Notes under the pieces: generated by a model
Told to the model about the DNA's origin: nothing
Seen by the model: only the letters and a program-made list of their open reading frames with translations
The model's database searches: none
Translations under genes and position numbers: made by a program
Part shown: piece by piece, positions 1 through 10,500 of the stretch
Layout: each line of letters begins with the position of its first letter
How positions within the stretch are numbered: the first letter of the stretch is position 1
Assembly (NCBI GenBank): GCA_963663405.2
Contig: CAXXSM010000073.1
Location: 1-64,000, forward strand
Direction of reading: 5' to 3'
DNA: 64,000 nt
Source: a bacterium
GTDB lineage: Bacteria > Hinthialibacterota > Hinthialibacteria > Hinthialibacterales > Hinthialibacteraceae

Positions 1-1
1 T

Positions 2-253
2 CATTGGGATCCATATGACAAGCGGTATTGGAGCGGTCTCGCGGCTAATTATTTTGACGGCTCGATCAATCCCGACTTCGCGTTGCGAAAGCAAGCGATT
101 GGTGTGTTGATCGGTATGGGTCCTACCACAACGTATAAAGGCGCGAGCACAACGGATTGGCATCCTTACGAAATGTCCAATGGTCTCTACAGTATCGGAA
201 TCATTCGCCGCTACGTTCCCGGCACACCGAAAGTTGATTTCGCTTTACCTTGA
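2..253 (+). CDS. C-terminal part of a prepilin-type (type IV pilin-like) protein, 5' end outside the window
   Basis: Frame 2 is open from the window start to TGA at 251-253 and reads ...IGMGP...HPYEMSNGLYSIGII, matching the C-terminal YxxxNGLxSxG motif of the pilin-like paralogs in this window. Confidence 0.7.
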   Translation, partial: HWDPYDKRYWSGLAANYFDGSINPDFALRKQAIGVLIGMGPTTTYKGASTTDWHPYEMSNGLYSIGIIRRYVPGTPKVDFALP

Positions 254-308
254 GAGAGGAAAGCCAATTCGATTGCTGTTTTATTCCTAACAATTGAGGA
301 GAGGGCTT

Positions 309-890
309 ATGGTGTCTCGAACACGGCAAACCGGATTCACATTAATTGAATTGCTGATTGTAGTGGCCATTATCGGTATTTTAGCTGCGATCGCCGTTCC
401 GAATTTTCTCAACGCGCAAATCCGCGCGAAACTGAGCCGGGTCGTCGCTGATATGAGTATGTTGCGGACCGGAATCGAGACATATTACATCGATTCCAAC
501 GCCTATCCTCCTTGGACTGTTGATGGCCTTGGCGTTCAGGGATTGCACCCTCTTGAACTTCGGTACATACGATTGACGACTCCTGTAGCGTACATTTCGA
601 GTATTCCGGCCGATCCATTTACAACGTTTCTGAATGAAGAGGACTGGGCGACCTATGGCTATACCTATGATTATGTAACGGATGAGGTGACTGGTCAGGG
701 GCGCACGTGGGGGCATCGGTGGCAGATTAATAGTTGGGGACCCGATCAAATCAACTCCTGGTTCAATCGCTATCCAGATGACTTTTACCATATTACGAAT
801 GGTCTGATTAGTCACGGCGATATCGGCATTTTCGGCCCGAGAAGTTCCAATCCAACCAATGAATACCGGCAGCCCCTCCCGCATTTCTAA
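309..890 (+). CDS. Prepilin-type N-terminal cleavage/methylation domain protein (type IV pilin/pseudopilin-like)
   Basis: G|FTLIELLIVVAIIGILAAIAVPNF class III signal; ATG at 309 after GAGG. Confidence 0.9.
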   Translation: MVSRTRQTGFTLIELLIVVAIIGILAAIAVPNFLNAQIRAKLSRVVADMSMLRTGIETYYIDSNAYPPWTVDGLGVQGLHPLELRYIRLTTPVAYISSIPADPFTTFLNEEDWATYGYTYDYVTDEVTGQGRTWGHRWQINSWGPDQINSWFNRYPDDFYHITNGLISHGDIGIFGPRSSNPTNEYRQPLPHF

Positions 891-1126
891 ATGCAAGTAG
901 AAAAAAGGCGTTTTAACAAACCTTAAAAAATATGAAAAGGAAGGAGGTGAATTGCAGCTAAGTTCCGCCCGTTTCGCAATCAAAATATGATAAAAAAAGG
1001 GCAAAAAGACGAAACCAGTCTTTAAAAGCAAATTATAGAGAGTAAAAGATCGGTTTCTTATTCAACCTTTGCGTTAATTCCATCTTGAGAATCCCTTTTT
1101 GCCTAACTGTTTAGAAAGGAAAAATT

Positions 1127-2632
1127 ATGTGGAATCGACGTAGTGTAAGTGTATGTATTACGATGTTGTTCATTCCAGTTGTTGTATGGGCGCAGGATAT
1201 GCCGCCGAGGACACAGAACACACACTCAATCCTTGATTTTGATGGATTGGAACCCCCGCTCATTGATGGGATCTTCGATTCTGGGGAAGCCTGGGTTGTC
1301 TCCTCTCAGGCCGGTTCATCGAGCACCGTCACCTCACGAAGTTTCTGGTGGATCGAATACCGGACGGACATCGATGATAGTGATCTTTCTCAGCCGGGCG
1401 TGCTGGAAGGCGATGAGGAGCCACTCGACGCGAGCGATTGTTCTTTCCGGGTTTGGACTGTCTACGATGAAGACTATCTCTATGTCGCCGTGGAAGTGAT
1501 TGACGACATGATCGTGCAACGGTTGGCTGAAGGCAGTGAAGATGGTGAGACATGGAACGAAGATTCCGTTGAAATCTTCATCGATGGCAACCATAATAAG
1601 GTCGAAGGGAATGTCAACGATCATCCGGAAGAATACGAAACCGGCGGTCAATTCGTGCTTACATCGGGTGGGGCCCGCCGGGATGTGGAGGCCGGGAATC
1701 CCACATTTGGCGAAGGACCAGAGGCGGATTGGTACGCGTCGGTTTTTGATAATGAAACATTTGATGGTTTTATTTATGAATTCCGTTTTAAACTTTCGTC
1801 GATCGGCAATCCTCAAAAGGGAGATATCATCGGCTTCAACGTCGCCGTGAACGACGCCGACGATAGTTCCCAATCTTCGAGCCGGTATCAAATGCGCTGG
1901 GTGGGAGAAGCCCATGACGAAAGCACTTACGGCGATCTTCTGTTTGGACGCCGTGAAATCACCGCGCCTCTTATCACTGACACGATTACGATCGATGGAA
2001 ATCTGGATGAGGCCGCCTGGGCGAGTGCGGGACGGGATCAATCGAACGCCTATCTGTCTCCATTTTGGCGGGCTTCCTATCCGATTTCCCTGGAAGACCA
2101 TTCATTTGAAATCTTCGCGTTACACGATGCGGATACCATTTATATCGCGGTCCAAGTTACGGACGATGTTGTCGTGACGGATTCCGCTACAGCGGGATCA
2201 GAAGGGGAATCGGTATGGAATGACGATTCCATTGAATTCATGATTGACGGCGATCTCAGCCTCAACGCCGGAAATGAAAACGCCTACGGGAGCAGCGCAA
2301 AATTTACGATCGCCGCAAATGCAGCGACTAGCTATGATGAAGGTCAATTTATCTTTGGTGAAGAGGCCGATACGGATTGGTACGCCGTGCCCTCAATCAC
2401 GGATACGGGATACATCATTGAATTTCGCGCCGCGAAAGCCGCTGTCGTCAATCCTCTTGACGCGACACAAATCGGTTTCAATATCGCGATCAATGAAGAT
2501 GACGTAGAAGGAGATGACACCTTTGATGGCTATCAAATGGATTGGAATGGCACTCCGAATAATGAGCGTGTGTATGGAGTGGTGAATCTTGGTGGACCGG
2601 TTTCCCCCGTTCATTCTTGGGAATTGCATTGA
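1127..2632 (+). CDS. Secreted sugar-binding protein with two CBM9/DOMON-like domains
   Basis: Signal peptide; duplicated motifs W(N)xDSxE(I/F)xIDG and IGFN(V/I)AxNxxD; very acidic; strong RBS. Confidence 0.8.
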   Translation: MWNRRSVSVCITMLFIPVVVWAQDMPPRTQNTHSILDFDGLEPPLIDGIFDSGEAWVVSSQAGSSSTVTSRSFWWIEYRTDIDDSDLSQPGVLEGDEEPLDASDCSFRVWTVYDEDYLYVAVEVIDDMIVQRLAEGSEDGETWNEDSVEIFIDGNHNKVEGNVNDHPEEYETGGQFVLTSGGARRDVEAGNPTFGEGPEADWYASVFDNETFDGFIYEFRFKLSSIGNPQKGDIIGFNVAVNDADDSSQSSSRYQMRWVGEAHDESTYGDLLFGRREITAPLITDTITIDGNLDEAAWASAGRDQSNAYLSPFWRASYPISLEDHSFEIFALHDADTIYIAVQVTDDVVVTDSATAGSEGESVWNDDSIEFMIDGDLSLNAGNENAYGSSAKFTIAANAATSYDEGQFIFGEEADTDWYAVPSITDTGYIIEFRAAKAAVVNPLDATQIGFNIAINEDDVEGDDTFDGYQMDWNGTPNNERVYGVVNLGGPVSPVHSWELH

Positions 2633-2660
2633 TTCCGGAACCGCTCAATTCTCTGTTTGA

Positions 2661-2689
2661 AAAAGGCCGTGGATATCTCCGCGGCCTTT
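2661..2689. terminator. Intrinsic terminator between convergent genes
   Basis: aaaaggccgtgga-tatc-tccgcggccttt hairpin with A/T flanks. Confidence 0.65.
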
Positions 2690-2706
2690 ATTTCATGCCT
2701 TAAAAA

Positions 2707-3105
2707 TCATTTATCCCACTCTATCATCATTTCCAGCAAGTGAATGGATTGATCCAATGCGCTATCGACCGCGTCAAAAAAAGGTTTTACATTCATGTTT
2801 TTTCCAAACGACATGGCTTTGAGCATTTTCTTTTGCCAGTTATTAATCTCTTTTGCGCATTCCGTTTTATGTCCGTCCGGCACTTTTTCCGAATACTGTT
2901 CAATCAATTTATGAATGTCTTCTAAGACTTTTATTCCTACTTGCGCGGACCATTTTGTTTTTTCAGCAAATTGAATTTTTGCGTCTTTTACGTGTTGTAA
3001 TGTGTGGAGAACGCGATTGTGTTCTTCCTCGCTTAAGTAACCGCTTTTGCCGCATGCGCATAAACTGAAAGTGAATATTAGAAGAAAAATGAATTGCTTT
3101 TTCAT
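2707..3105 (-). CDS. Hypothetical lipoprotein
   Basis: MKKQFIFLLIFTFSLCAC lipobox-like signal; adjoins the upstream esterase gene. Confidence 0.65.
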   Translation of the reverse strand: MKKQFIFLLIFTFSLCACGKSGYLSEEEHNRVLHTLQHVKDAKIQFAEKTKWSAQVGIKVLEDIHKLIEQYSEKVPDGHKTECAKEINNWQKKMLKAMSFGKNMNVKPFFDAVDSALDQSIHLLEMMIEWDK

Positions 3106-3107
3106 GG

Positions 3108-3971
3108 TTATGAATTGACTTTCATTTTGTGACTTAAAAACCAATCATATAATTTAGGATTGTTATAGATACCGGCAATGCCACCATGACCGATATCGGG
3201 GAAAATTGTCAACCGGACGTTTCCACCTACGGATTGTAACGCGCGTTCCATTTCGATTCCATACCGGACCGGCACAATATCATCTTTGGCGCCGTGGAAA
3301 ATCCATACAGGAGTATGCTTTAACCGTCTTTTTGCTTTCGATGGATTTCCGGCGCCGCATAGAGGAGCGATCGCGGCGAAATTCCGTGGAAAATCGCTGG
3401 CGAGTGACCACGCGCCATGTCCACCCATGCTGATGCCGGTGAGATAAATGCGGTTTCGATCCACAGGTTTTTTTTTCATAAATTGTTTTAAGAAACCGTT
3501 CAATTCAACACTATTCCAACCTGCGTTTGCGGGACATAACGGCGCAACGGCTATAAAAAAAGGATCGTTTCGAAATTGAAGGTAAGGAAAGGGACCTTGA
3601 CCGTATAATGGTTTTAAATTGTTTCCTTTTAAACCGGCGCCGTGGAGATAGAGAATGAGAGGCCATTTTTTATTTTCGTCGAAGCCGCTGGGAAGAAAGC
3701 AGATGTATTGGTATCCCAATCTTCCTTCAACAATCGAACAGGATGGTTCTTTGGTCGATCGAAGCGAGGGATCATCTTCCGGTAATTCCATATGTTTCGA
3801 CATTTCAATTAATAATTGCTGTTCCTCATGACGGCTTGATGATTTGGGAACCTCTTCGGCGATTACTGGTGAATTTTCTTTCCCGGCGTTAAGACGTGTG
3901 ATAATCTGCCCAACCGCGGTGGTGATGATGAGGACGAGAATCGTATTAATGATATATCGTAAGGTTCGCAC
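3108..3971 (-). CDS. Alpha/beta hydrolase (predicted peptidase/carbohydrate esterase type)
   Basis: YLHGAG, GISMGG nucleophile elbow, FHGAKDDIVP, GH catalytic His. Confidence 0.85.
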   Translation of the reverse strand: MRTLRYIINTILVLIITTAVGQIITRLNAGKENSPVIAEEVPKSSSRHEEQQLLIEMSKHMELPEDDPSLRSTKEPSCSIVEGRLGYQYICFLPSGFDENKKWPLILYLHGAGLKGNNLKPLYGQGPFPYLQFRNDPFFIAVAPLCPANAGWNSVELNGFLKQFMKKKPVDRNRIYLTGISMGGHGAWSLASDFPRNFAAIAPLCGAGNPSKAKRRLKHTPVWIFHGAKDDIVPVRYGIEMERALQSVGGNVRLTIFPDIGHGGIAGIYNNPKLYDWFLSHKMKVNS

Positions 3972-4025
3972 AGTGAGGTCTTTCTTTGTATGGAGAGGAT
4001 TTGACGCCTACTGGAACATAATCAT

Positions 4026-4634
4026 TTAATCACCGTTGGGAATCGGGCAGTAATAATGGTAAAATGGACCTCCGCGCTCTCCCACGCGGAGAATATCCCC
4101 TGCGCTGGTAAGACCGTTCGTCGGGCAATAAAGAAATTCTGGTTTACCGCAAACGCAGCCAATGTACCGGCCCGCGTAACCATTTGTAGAATCGGGCCCC
4201 CAGCTGTTGATTCGCCAAACATGCCCCCATGCGTCAGGATCGATCAGTCCGTTTTTCGGATCAAACGCGTCGACGTAATCGTATCCCCATCCCCATTTTT
4301 CCCAATCAAACGCATTGGCGCGGGTGGAAAATGGATCGCGGGGGATTTCTGAAAGGTAAGCGGTGGGAGTCGTCATTCGGTAATAACGGATTTGATTGGG
4401 ATGGCGGTCGTCGACTTCGGTGACGAGATTTTGGGTCCATGGCGGATAGGCGTTGTAGTCGGTATAGTATACTTCGAGCGCCATACCGATCGTGCGCATT
4501 TCGGAGTGGCTGCGCGAGATTTTTGTTCGGACCAAAGCGTTTTGATAATTCGGGAGCATGATCGCTGCGAGAATGGAAATAATGGCGATCACGATTAATA
4601 GTTCGGTTAAACTAAATCCACCATGATTTTTCAT
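4026..4634 (-). CDS. Prepilin-type N-terminal cleavage/methylation domain protein
   Basis: G|FSLTELLIVIAIISILAAI; same downstream motifs as 309..890. Confidence 0.9.
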   Translation of the reverse strand: MKNHGGFSLTELLIVIAIISILAAIMLPNYQNALVRTKISRSHSEMRTIGMALEVYYTDYNAYPPWTQNLVTEVDDRHPNQIRYYRMTTPTAYLSEIPRDPFSTRANAFDWEKWGWGYDYVDAFDPKNGLIDPDAWGHVWRINSWGPDSTNGYAGRYIGCVCGKPEFLYCPTNGLTSAGDILRVGERGGPFYHYYCPIPNGD

Positions 4635-4864
4635 CACTCGATCGTTCCTTTTTCCCAATTAGATCTACCGTGTATGTTTTGTTCATTATGTACACTATAT
4701 AAAGTAGTTCTGATCATAAGCGCGCGTCAACTTCAATATGTAAATTCGATGGAGAGACTCCTCCCAAGACCAGTTTTTGATATAGATAGGTATTCGTGAT
4801 AGCGTCTTCTAATGATAAAGTATTTCCAAGAATACATTCACTATGAGAAGTATAAAGAGCAAAA

Positions 4865-6274
4865 ATGAATAATTTACACCAACTCTCTCGCCGTTCATTC
4901 ATATCCACATCCATAGCCAGTTCTCTTGGGCTGTTGACCGCACGCCAAATATTGGCAAGCGATGCGAAATCCAGTCTATCCACCCGTCCGAATATAGTTT
5001 TAATCATGGCGGACGATTTGGGATACGAATGTATCGGAGTCAATGGAAGCGCGAGTTATCAGACACCCCATCTCGATCGTCTGGCGCGGACCGGCGCGCG
5101 GATGACCCATTGTCATGTGAATCCTCTTTGTACTCCGACTCGGGTTTCTCTCATGACGGGACGGTACAATTTTCGAAACTATCAAGCGTTTGGCCGCTTA
5201 ATCGAGGGAGAAAAAACCTTTGCGAATCATTTAAGAGACGCCGGCTACGCCACGGCGGCGGTAGGGAAATGGCAGCTCGATAATGGGGATGGAGAGGGGC
5301 AAAGTCCCCGCCAGGCTGGATTCGATGAGTATTGCCTTTGGAACATTGAATTCGAAGGGCGTTTAGTAAGAGACGCCCGCTACGCTGATCCCAATTTGCT
5401 CTATTTGGATCGAGCGTCGGGGAATCCCACGTATAAGCAATTCGCAGGTCAATACGGACCGGATATCTGCCGGGATTACTTGTTTCAATTCATGAGAAAC
5501 GCCGTAAAAAAGAACCAGCCTTTCTTTGCGTATTATCCCATGATCCTCACTCACAATCCGTTCCTTCCCACTCCATCGAGTTCTGAATGGACCAAAGGAG
5601 ATCGAAACCAGAACGACAAAAAATTCTTCAAAGACATGGTGGAGTATATGGATGCGATCGTGGGGCAGATCGGCGCCGAATTGGATCGACTGGGTGTTCG
5701 AGACAATACACTTCTTCTTTTTTTGGGTGACAATGGAACGAATACGTCGATCGAATCCGGGATGCGGGAAGGTTCTACGGTCCAGGGGGGAAAGGGCATT
5801 CTCATTGATGCGGGAACTCACGTTCCCCTGATCGCTCATTGGCCTGGAGTCATTCCAGCGAATCATGTGATCGATGATCTGATCGATCCTACAGATTTTC
5901 TGCCTACTATTGCAGAAGCCGCTGGTATTTCTTTGCCGCGTTCGGAAGGCCGGATTCTCGATGGAATTAGTTTTTACCCTCAATTGAAAGGAGAGAAGGG
6001 AAATCCAAGGGAATGTATATTAATTGAATATTATGAGAATCGAAAAATCTTTCACCGGCAAGAAGGCCGTTTTGTTCGCAGTCATCGGTGGAAATTGTAT
6101 GACAATGGACAATCGCCTCTTGGTGGAGAATCTTTCTACAAAGCCAACCATCTCTATGATTTGGATAATGATCCCAACGAACAGCATCCTTATCTTCCAG
6201 GAAAAGACAACCAAGAATCTCAAACTGTCCGAAAGAAACTGCAATCTATTTTGGAAAGGTACAAGTTAAAATAA
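4865..6274 (+). CDS. Arylsulfatase-like (S1 family, formylglycine-dependent) sulfatase, Tat-exported
   Basis: SRRSFI Tat motif; NIVLIMADDLG; CTPTR (CxPxR); GKWQL; GDNG. Confidence 0.92.
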   Translation: MNNLHQLSRRSFISTSIASSLGLLTARQILASDAKSSLSTRPNIVLIMADDLGYECIGVNGSASYQTPHLDRLARTGARMTHCHVNPLCTPTRVSLMTGRYNFRNYQAFGRLIEGEKTFANHLRDAGYATAAVGKWQLDNGDGEGQSPRQAGFDEYCLWNIEFEGRLVRDARYADPNLLYLDRASGNPTYKQFAGQYGPDICRDYLFQFMRNAVKKNQPFFAYYPMILTHNPFLPTPSSSEWTKGDRNQNDKKFFKDMVEYMDAIVGQIGAELDRLGVRDNTLLLFLGDNGTNTSIESGMREGSTVQGGKGILIDAGTHVPLIAHWPGVIPANHVIDDLIDPTDFLPTIAEAAGISLPRSEGRILDGISFYPQLKGEKGNPRECILIEYYENRKIFHRQEGRFVRSHRWKLYDNGQSPLGGESFYKANHLYDLDNDPNEQHPYLPGKDNQESQTVRKKLQSILERYKLK

Positions 6275-6313
6275 GACTGCATTTTCGTTGTGGACAAATG
6301 TGAATCGTATTGT

Positions 6314-7423
6314 TTAAACATACTTACCATACGCGAGCGCTGTCTCGATAAACCGGTGATAATTTTCTTCCGTCTTTTTCCATAAAGGCGCGTTGATCGG
6401 CGCGGCGGACGGCATGATCACATAGCCGCCTCCTTCTCCAGCGTCATCAATACATTTTTTGACATACGCTTCGATCTCATCCGGTTCCCAATATTCGAGA
6501 TACGAGAGTTCAAGATTACCGAATAAGATCAATTGATCCCCACATTTTTTCTTTACATCAGCTAAATCTACGTCCCCTTGTGGCGGGGGTTCGAGTGGAT
6601 CGATCGCGTCTGCGCCCATCTCAACAATGAGATCGAGTAATTGACTGATTTGCCCATGCGAATGTAAGCGCGCGTACCCACCGTATTCATGAATCAGATC
6701 AATGATCGGTTTGTCATACTTAACGACGAGTTCCTCGAATGCTTCACGAGGGAAGTAGGGGGGGGTGATGTATTCTGGACCATAGATCCGCCATAGTGGT
6801 CCCGCGCCTGCTTCGAGTTTTCCCCGGATTTCGATCAACAGGCGCTCCAACACAATATCCATATACTTTCGGATCGTCTTCCGTTCCTGCCAAGTGAGAA
6901 TCATGAACGTCTCCATACCCAACCCGTAGGCCATTGCGCAGACGGGATCCATCGTATCGCACAACATGATCCCCCGGTCTCCCATGCGCGCTGCCGCCTG
7001 ATGGTAGCCGCTCATATCTACTCCCCCATATTTCCAGGGCAGCGAATAATAGGTTTCGATGTCTTCCAACGTTTGAAATAACGGTTCAATCGTCCAGTTT
7101 GTATTCAGGTTTTCATCCCGGCGGGTGAGGCGGGTAAGATCGCCTTTTGGAGTGTGGATCGTCCAACGTTGGAAACGGCTGCTTCCTTTAGTCCAGGTCT
7201 TGGTTTCTTCCTCCCAGACGCATGCGTTCTTTGAGGGTTGATCCCATAGATAGAGGATGTCTGTTGTTTCCGCGATATAGTTCAGTAAATTTTGATAACT
7301 GGATTGATTCTCATACCAAGGATCGGCGCCAAAGGGGAGCAATTCATATGTCGATATAGGTATCCGGTCCACGGATTCCCGGCGGAGTGTTCGGAGTAAA
7401 CGTTCTTTTGAATTTAATTCCAT
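6314..7423 (-). CDS. Uroporphyrinogen decarboxylase-fold (MtaA/CmuA-like) protein
   Basis: N-terminal SKERLL...DRIP; LHSHG; FGNL; GGGYVIMPS. Confidence 0.8.
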   Translation of the reverse strand: MELNSKERLLRTLRRESVDRIPISTYELLPFGADPWYENQSSYQNLLNYIAETTDILYLWDQPSKNACVWEEETKTWTKGSSRFQRWTIHTPKGDLTRLTRRDENLNTNWTIEPLFQTLEDIETYYSLPWKYGGVDMSGYHQAAARMGDRGIMLCDTMDPVCAMAYGLGMETFMILTWQERKTIRKYMDIVLERLLIEIRGKLEAGAGPLWRIYGPEYITPPYFPREAFEELVVKYDKPIIDLIHEYGGYARLHSHGQISQLLDLIVEMGADAIDPLEPPPQGDVDLADVKKKCGDQLILFGNLELSYLEYWEPDEIEAYVKKCIDDAGEGGGYVIMPSAAPINAPLWKKTEENYHRFIETALAYGKYV

Positions 7424-7552
7424 CTGACGATCTATCCTCTCGTTGAGATCGATTGAAATCGGCGCCGAATTGATACTTCAATTGGCTTGCATTCAATTTT
7501 GTGCTATCGTGGTGTGTTAGCATCTACGATAATTATTACAGGTGATTCCTTG

Positions 7553-10500
7553 ATGAAAAACACCAAGCCGGCGTTATTGTTTATTCAATTATTATATGGG
7601 GAATACAGTAAAATCAATGTGATATATTCGATCCGTTCTATTTATTATATTTTTATAATCCTATGGATTTTCAATCAAGCGTCAAACGCCTTTTCTCACG
7701 ATCATTGGCGGTATTTTACCTCGCAAGACGGATTGAAGGAATCGTGGATCAGCGCTGTTAATGTTGGCGCCAGCGGCCGTGTATGGATGAATCATGGGAG
7801 TATAGGTTACTGCAGCGTCTATGATGGATATCAGATTCAGAACTATCAAAATCCTTATCATAGTCTCAAAATCCAGGAAGATATTATAGGGCATGTTTTC
7901 TCATTAGTCACTGGTGATACCGGTGGATTTGCGAGATTCATGAATGGTGTGTGGATACCTTATTTATTCCCAAGGGAAGAATCGATCCCATCTCCCTATA
8001 CCTTTACTAGAACATCCTTTTACCAGCATGAGGAGGAACGAGTGTTGTTTCTTCTCCCAGACCGGTTTTTGGAGTTTCATTTCCCCAGTCAATCCGTGAA
8101 AGAACTCTTGCATGTAGAAGAAACAGAATTGAACGAATTTAATAAATTGCTAATTTCTGAAACAAAGACGATATGGATCGCCGGCAAAACTGGGCTTGTT
8201 AAATACAGTAATGGGAATTTTGAAACCTATTATATTCCTGCGGAATATGATACGAGAATTATTGATGAATCTTTTATTGGAAAACGTGGGAGAATTGTAT
8301 GTACTTGTTCCAATCCTGCTAATAACGTAAGACGCATTTTACTGTTCGAACAGGGTGAGTGGACGGAGCGTCCATGTTCCATTGAAAATATTTATTGTTG
8401 CTGGGATGGAGAGGACGATAGTTTCTGGATTCGGACAAACTCGAGAAGACTGGGCGACCTCTATTTTTGTAAAGCCGGTGAAATTTTACCCGTTGAATCC
8501 AATCGATTTTTGTCGAGCAGTATGAATGACATCCATATATGTCCTGAAGGCGGTTTTTGGATGGCGACCGCCAATGGATTGGCGCATTATTCCCCTTCGC
8601 TTTGGCGTATCTCTTCCGATTTTCCCCGGCTTTATGAACCTGTTTATGATATTTTTGAAGATCGGTCAAACCGGCAATGGATACAAATGGATGGTTCATT
8701 TTTCGTGTGTGAGCGTGGGCATTGGGATGAAATCAAGATTCCGGATTCCTCGGAACAGAATAATCCTTATCGCAGCGCGATTGCCAGCGCTGGTCAGGAT
8801 AACCTATACATTGATCTTATCAGTGGCCCTAACGCTATACTCAATCCAGATGCCCGGACGATTTCTGTGATTGGCCGTGATGGAAACCGGGTTGTATATA
8901 TAAGGCCATTTAAACACAATGATCGAATCTATTGTTTGACATATGATGAAGTAAGCCGCGAGGATTATATTGAAGTATGTGATAAGGGAATTTTCTCGGA
9001 ATATGCGGGACCGATTGACCGGAGCCGCATAGGAAATTTTACATTTCTGTTTGTCAGCCAGCAGGGGGATTTGTGGATCGCTGGAAGGAAAGGACTTCTT
9101 CGGATAAAGAATGGAGAATTACAGTATAGTGATGAAATGCCTGAGTATACAGGTCAAGGGGCGTTTTGTTATTTAGAACGCAAGGATGGCCGTTTGTGGT
9201 TCGGTGGCCGGGATTCCATTTGGCAGTATAGTGAAACGGGGTGGACACTGGTACGATCGGAGGGACTCGAAACTGTCCGTGATATGATTGAGTGTCAAGA
9301 TGAGAATATTCTAGTCCTGTCGGGCACTGGCGTTCATCGATATGATAATTATTCCTGGATAACGAATAACACGGAAGATGGCTTAATCGACGCCAATTAT
9401 AATTGTATTTATGAAAATTCAAAGAGCCAAATTTGTGTTGGTACGGCCAAAGGATTATTCTGCTATCATCCAGACGCGGATTCAGATCCACCTCAAACGT
9501 TTCTCGCGGATGAAAATTTGTCAGTGATGCCACCCGGAGGGACAATTCAACTTGTATTCAATGGAAAAGACCGCTGGGATTATACCCATTCTGACCGTTT
9601 ACTATTTTCTTACCGGATTGATCAATCGGAATGGACACCGTTTACTTCTCACACCGTCGCTAACGCAGCGGGGATTTCCGCCGGCTCGCATCAATTTGAA
9701 GTACGGGCGATGGATCGAAACGGCAATATTGACTCAAGCCCTGCGCGGATTGCGTTTCGGATGCCGGTCATTCCATTTCAAGATCGCTGGTGGTTTTGGC
9801 CGGTTTTATACAGTTTAATTACACTGATTACACTGCTTGCTTTTTATGCTCTGTGGGCGAAAAAGAACCTGGAGACCATTGTTCAAGAACGAACCCAAGA
9901 TTTACAACGGTCAAATGAATCATTGAAGCAGTCACGGGAAACGTATCGTGATCTTGTCGAGCATATCAATGAGGTTATATATTCTTTAGACAACCAAGGT
10001 GTGATTACTTATGTTAGTCCAGCTATAGAATCCATTACAGAAAATCCTTCGGCCGTCTATGTTGGAAAGAATTTTCTACAGTTCTTTTATTCAGATGATC
10101 AGCAGAAACTAGTTGAAGAATATGAAATAATTCTTTCTGGGCAGTCTCTTGTGAATGAGTCCCGTATATTGACAAACTCTGGTGGATATAGATGGGTGTC
10201 TTTATCCAGCCGTCCGATCAAAGAATCCCACCGCATAACCGGTCTGCGTGGGATGCTTACTGATATTACCGAACGAAAAATGCTGGAACAGGAACTCCTT
10301 AACGCCAGAAAATTAGAATCGGTTGGAATCTTAGCCGGTGGAATCGCGCATGATTTTAATAATCTATTAATGGTCATTACTGGAAATATATCTCTAGCAA
10401 AAACCATTGCTGGCTCCTCTGAAAAAGTCAATGAATTCTTAAGTGAAGTGGAGAGCGCGTTGGATCGCGCGCAGAAGTTGACTCAGCAATTGCTTACTTT

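Noticed and set aside
941-990. Perfect AAGGAGGTGA Shine-Dalgarno suggesting a leader peptide
   Set aside because: The only nearby start (TTG) is 1 nt away and gives a 12-codon ORF with no support
309-4634. Invertible or shufflon-like pilin switching between the two oppositely oriented paralogs
   Set aside because: Similarity is at protein level with many synonymous differences; no identical inverted sites and no recombinase in the window
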